Of a stretch of 64,000 nt of DNA, positions 58,442 to 64,000 are shown piece after piece (position 1 is the stretch's first letter; each line of letters begins with the position of its first letter). The DNA comes from the human T2T-CHM13v2.0 reference genome, Homo sapiens. The notes under the pieces are model-generated. The model saw only the letters and a program-made list of their open reading frames with translations, was not told the DNA's origin and ran no database searches. A program made the translations under genes and the position numbers. The DNA is taken from NCBI RefSeq assembly GCF_009914755.1, contig NC_060943.1, one strand, 5' to 3'.

Positions 58442-59154
58442 TAGTAGAGGCATGGTTTCACCATGTTGGCCAGGCTGGTCTTGAACTCCTGACCTCAGGT
58501 GATCCATCCACCTGAGCCTCCCAAAGTGCTGGGATTACAGGCATGAGCCACTGCACCTGGCCAAGTTGTCCATTTTTACATCAGATTATTTGTATTTTTT
58601 TTGACATTGAATTGTTCAAGTTTCTCATATATTGTGGATATTAATCCCTTGTTGAATGAATAGTTTGCAGTTTTCTTCCCATTCTGCAAGTTGTCTCTTG
58701 TCTCTGTTGATTGTTTTCTTTGCTGTGCAGGAGCTTTTTAGTTTAATGTAATCCAATTAGCCTATTTTTGCTTTTGTTTCCTGTGCTTTCAAGTTCTTCA
58801 CCACAAAATCTTTGCCCAGATCAATGTCTTGAAGCATTTCCCCTGCTTTCTTCGAGTAGTTCCATAGTTTCAGCTCTTAATTTAAGTCTGTAAGCTATTT
58901 TGAGTTGATTTTATTAATATGGTGAGATATAGGGGTCTAGTTTCATTTTTCGGCATACAGATATTTAATGTTCCAGGCATCATTCATTCAAGTTTTTTTT
59001 TCTCTTGCCTAATTGCTCTAGCTAGGACTTCCAGTACTATGTCAAATAAAAGTGGTGACAGGCCAGGCACGGTGGCTCATGCCTGTAATCCCAGCACTTT
59101 GGGAGGCCAAGGCAGGCAGATCACGATGTTAGGTGATTGAGATCATCCTGGCTA

Positions 59155-59418
<264 letters not shown>

Positions 59419-61919
59419 TCACATCAACAGAATGAGTACAAGAACCATATGATTATCTCAGTAGGTGCAGAAAAAGCGTGATAAAATTCAACAGCCCTTT
59501 ATAGTAAAAACTCTTAAGAAGCTGGGTATAGAAGGAATGTAGCCCAGTACAATAAATCAGTGTATGGCAAACCCACAGCCAACATCATAGTGAATAGGGA
59601 AAAGTACAAAGCTCTTCCAGGAAATGTAAAGAACCAATAAATGTTCTTGCTGCCTTTGTTGAAAATCAGTTGGTTGTAAATGCTTGGACGTACTTCTGAG
59701 TTGTCTATTTAGTTTCACTGGTCTGTGTGTCTGTTTTTATGCCAGTACTATGCTGTTTTGTTTACTCTAACTTTGTAGCCTATTTTTAAGTCAAGTCATG
59801 CTATGCCTCCAGCTTTGTTCTTTTTGCTCAGGATTGCTTTGGATGCTCAGAGTCGTTTGTGGTTTCATATAAATTTCAGGATTATTTTTTATATTTCTGT
59901 GACAATATCATTGATATTTTGATAGGGATTGCATTGAATCTGCAGATCATTTTTGGCAACATGGTCATTTTCACAATAGTGATCCTTCCAATTATGAGCA
60001 TGGAATATCTTTTCATGTTTTAGTGTCCTCTTCAATTGGTTTCCTCAGTATTTTATAGTTTTTTTGGTGGAGGTCTTCCACCTCCTTTGTTATAGTTATT
60101 CTGAAGCTTTTTTTTTGGTAGCTGTTTTATACGAGATTGCTCTTTAATTTCTTTCTTTTCTAATTTGTTGTTGATGTTCAGGAATGGTACTGGTTTTAGT
60201 ATGATGATTTTGTATCCTGCACCTTTAATAAATTCATCGGTCAGTTTAAGAGTAGTTTGGTGGTGCTTTTGGGGTTTTCTGTACATAAGATGATGTCCTC
60301 TGCAAGCAGAGACAATTTGACATCTTACTTTCCAGTCTGGATGCCCGTTATTTCTTTCTCTTGCCTAATTGCTCTGGCTAGGACTTCCAGCACTACATTG
60401 AATAAAAGTGGTAGAAATGGACATTCTTGGCTTGTTCCAGATCTTGGAGGAAGAGCTTTGTACTTTTCGTTATTCACTATGATGTTAGCTGTGTGTTTGC
60501 CATACATTGATTTCTTGTGTTGGGCTGCATTCCTTCTATACCCAGTTTGTTAAGAGCTTTTACTATGAAGGGCTGCTGAATTTTATCATGCTTTTTCTGC
60601 ACCAATCAAGATGATCATATGGTTCTTGTACTCACTCTGTTGATGTGGTGCGTCCCACTTATTGATTTGTGTATCTGGAACCATCCTTGCATCCTGGGTT
60701 AAATCCCACTTGGTCATGGGAATGATCACTTTCATGTGCTGCTGAATTTGGTTGGCTAGTATTTTGTGGAGGATGTTGACATCTACATGTATCAGGGATA
60801 TCGGCCTATAGTTTTCTCTCTCTCTCTCTCTCTTTTTTTTTTGCTGTGTGCTCCTCTGGTTTTGGTATCAGGATAATGCTGGTCTTGCAAAATGAATTTG
60901 GAAGTATTCCCTACTCTTCAATTTTCTGGAAGAGTTTGAGAAGAATTACTATTATTTTCTCCTAAATGTTAGGTGGAATTCTGCAGTAAAGCCATTGGCA
61001 TCTAGGCTTTTCTTTGATAGGACACATTTTATTACAGATTCAATTTGTTTGAGATAGGAGGGCTAGATGGGACTGACTGACTAGTTCTCCTCACAGATCA
61101 CACATGATTTGGTAAAGTAGTTTCCCTTGAGGGCAGGCTTTTGTTATATAGCACAGGATACTTTGGGCTTACTTCAAAATGCTTGTTTCCTTGGGTGTGT
61201 TTCAGAATGATTATTTTCACCCCTCCTCCTGTCTGAAGCATGAGATAATTTTTCTCCAGTCTTCATCATGAGAATCTTGTGTGTCTCCTGGAGGAAAAAT
61301 CTCATGAAAGTATGGGTGCTGACCCCATTATGAGACTGGGTTCCCAGGTTTTAAGTCTCAAGCTTGTCCACCCTTAGCCTCCGGCAATTTAATTACTGTT
61401 CACCTGTCCCTATCAGTTGCTGGTTCCCAAGGCTTCCACTCCTCAAAATCTGATCCTCTATATTTGCTGTCTCTCCAGTTTGGGGGGCATTGCTTTGCCC
61501 TATGAACTCAATTCTCTGAAGAATTTAAGAAGGGCTATTGATTTTCAGTTTGTTCAACCTTTTGTTGTTGTGAGGATGGGAGTAACAAGCTCTTTACATG
61601 CTGGAATGGAAACCAGAAGTCTAGATCTATATTTTCTATTTCTCGTTATCAAGTTCTCTTTCCCCTATACTTTTGTCAATATCTCCTTTTCATGTGGAAA
61701 TTTTCAGAAGCTTTCACAAGCCAAGCTGGAGCTTCTATCCCAGGGCTACATAATAGAGTTCAGTTTGTTTATTTATTTATTTTTTTTGTAGAGACAGGAT
61801 CTCCCTTTTTTGCCCAGGCTGGTCTTGAACTCCAGTCCTAAGGTAATCTGCCCTGGCCTCCCAAAGTGCTGAGATTATAGGCATGAGCCACCATATGTGA
61901 CCTTTTTTTTGTTTTTAAT

Positions 61920-62326
61920 GCTATCTTGATCTAGTTTTGAAGCCCTGGCAAGAGGCTGGTGAGTTCCCTTTAATGGGCTCTCACATTCTGGGTCACTATG
62001 CACAAGCTCTAATCACCCCAGGGCCAGGTACCAGACAGCTAGGGATGACCCCTATTCCCTGAAACCTGTGAAATTGTTCAAACTCATCAATCCACAGGGA
62101 GCCTGAAACCTAACTAGCTCCACTAACCCTGCTTGCCATACATAAGCAGCCCTCTACAGTTATTCCTTACTGTTACCCTGTCCCTGGGTGCAACCCCCTG
62201 CATACCCTTGCCTGACAGCCTTCTCCCCTTTGGAGCTGTAAGTAACCAAGCGTTCTGCTTTTCATGTGTCTGAGTGTCAGCATGTTATATCCCACCATAA
62301 AAAGAACCTTTACATCTTGTAAAACA
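61920..62326 (+). mobile_element. Old ERVL-type LTR (MER73/MER74/LTR53-related)
   Basis: CCAGGGCCAGGTACCAGACAGCTAGGG...GAAATTGTTCAAACT motif; ends TAAAACA; family tentative. Confidence 0.45.
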
Positions 62327-63894
62327 GGCTGTCCTTTGACTTCAGGATTTTACCCTTCCAAGCCCCTCGAGTTCTGTTTCTAACCAGGTACTTCCTGGGC
62401 ATCTACCTCCAGCTTAGAGGTGTGGGTTAAGGCTCCCCTAAGGGTTTGTACCTAAAAGTATGAATCAGTTTCCACCATGGTGAATCTGGGCAATTTTATA
62501 ATAGCTCCAGGCATGGTTCCTACAGAGACTGGAAGACTATACAGTAGTGGCTGGATGCCTGCAACAGTGTACCCTGTAGGGGAGACCCACCCTTCAGTAT
62601 GCCATAGCTATGACCAATACTGGTTTCCTTATTTATGACCCAACCTGTCCCTAGGGCATGAAGAGGATGCCCCTTTGTTTCCAAGTTGCCTTTTACTCTT
62701 GGTATGAAATCCAAACTCCTAGTGTGTCTGGAACGATTCCTTAGGTTCCAACCCTTCCCCTGCCATGATGAATGCTTCTCCAACTATACCCCAAACTACC
62801 TCCACCCAACAGATCTCCCTAAAGCCTAGTCCATTGAGCTGCCAGGCCTTTGTTCAGATATCTTCTCTGCCAGGAGCAACCTCCAAGGAATTTGCATTTC
62901 TTCCAGGTTTCCAGGTACTGCTGATGTTGCTGGTATGGAGACCACACATTTTAATGTAATAAGTGATTTATTCACTTACTATAAAAATTTACATATTCTC
63001 TGAACATTTCCTGTGTTTATGTCTTGGACTTTATTTCATTGCTTCAATTCTCCCAAGCTTTACAACCAGGAAATGGGTTGGTATATTTCATATTAAACTG
63101 ATTTAAATAACTACAAAATTAGCAAACCAAGGTCAGTGACAGATAATTGCAGATTTTCAGTCACATAAATAATGACTAATTGTCAATGAGTAATTTTGTA
63201 TAGTACTATTATTTTTACTAAAATAAATTTTTAAGGGAGAAGTAAAGCTGCAAATAATTAAGCAATTTGTTTATACATTGGGATCCACCACCTTCCAGAA
63301 AGTCACATTCTTCTCAGTGTAAGTGGTGAGCACTTACACACTTTGTCCTGTCTACCTTTTTCTTGACATGTTCCAATCTTGCCATGTAATTTCCATTGAC
63401 TTTCTATACTAGTGGGTTCTAATAGAAATAGGTTGTCTCAGCTTCGAGGGAGATTAAGCTTAGCAGGTATGGTTTGAGGCACTCTGAAAATTACCCTGAG
63501 AAATACATTAACTTACATGGTTGGGGCCCTCCCTCTTGCCAAACTGCTATTAGAATAAAAGATGAGGCATCTAATTTCCCAATAAAAAGAAAGGCAGTGT
63601 ATAGGGTTTTTTCATTTCATTTTTTATTGTAATAAAATATGCATAACATAAATGTTACCACTTTATTTTCAAGTGTACAATTCAGGAGCATTACGTACGT
63701 TCACAAGCTTGTGGATCCACTAGCATTATCTATTTCCAGAACTTTTCATCATCCCCAACCAAACCTCTGTATCCAATAAACAAAAATTCTCCCTTCCTCT
63801 CTGCCTCTAGCCCCTGGTAACCTGTAATTTTTGTCTCTATGAATTTGCCTATTCTAGGATAGACCATATTAGGCCACAAAACAAGTCTTAATAA

Positions 63895-64000
63895 TTTTAT
63901 TTTTTAAGTACAATTTCCATTTTATTTTTCCCCAGAGAATAGTCTGTCTTCAGTCTTTAAGGACTAAGCTCCTTACATGGGCTTTGGTGGGGGTCATGGG
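63895..64000 (-). pseudogene. RPS26P: 3' end of a processed RPS26 pseudogene (continues beyond the window)
   Basis: Minus strand reads P*PPPKPM-TAA (RPS26 ends PRPPPKPM), then GGAGCTTAGTCCTTAAAGACTGAAGACAG...AATAAAATGGAAATTGTACTT (RPS26 3' UTR) and a decayed poly(A). Premature TGA at 63994-63996. Confidence 0.9.

Overview
Human (primate) genomic DNA, recognisable as 19q13.11 from the gene content. The window begins in an AT-rich terminal exon (inferred to be the UBA2 3' UTR, AATAAA at 431). An Alu-dense spacer leads to a CpG island and the complete 8-exon WTIP gene on the + strand. The CDS exons run 12538-30812 and total 1293 nt (430 aa): a Gly/Pro-rich pre-LIM region, three LIM domains and a C-terminal VTEL. 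Downstream are proximal (variant) and distal (AATAAA 42821) poly(A) candidates, a full THE1 MaLR provirus nested in an Alu monomer, and a HERV-H provirus (LTR7, PBS-His, gag/pro/pol relics). That provirus is fused directly to the 3' part of an unrelated LTR2 (HERV-E type) LTR with no TSD. Beyond this junction the DNA becomes AT-rich and L1/LTR-dense, and the window ends in the 3' end of a processed RPS26 pseudogene. Most entries in the ORF track are Alu, L1, ERV or GC-island artefacts. I found no convincing new protein-coding system. The best leads are an unexplained ancient colinear duplication (35.9-36.6 kb vs 43.6-44.25 kb), the HERV-H/LTR2 junction, several local templated duplications, and WTIP regulatory architecture (TEAD motif cluster, uORF, in-frame upstream ATG, CTCF pair between poly(A) sites). 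Repeat family names come from recalled consensus sequences and need RepeatMasker/Dfam confirmation.
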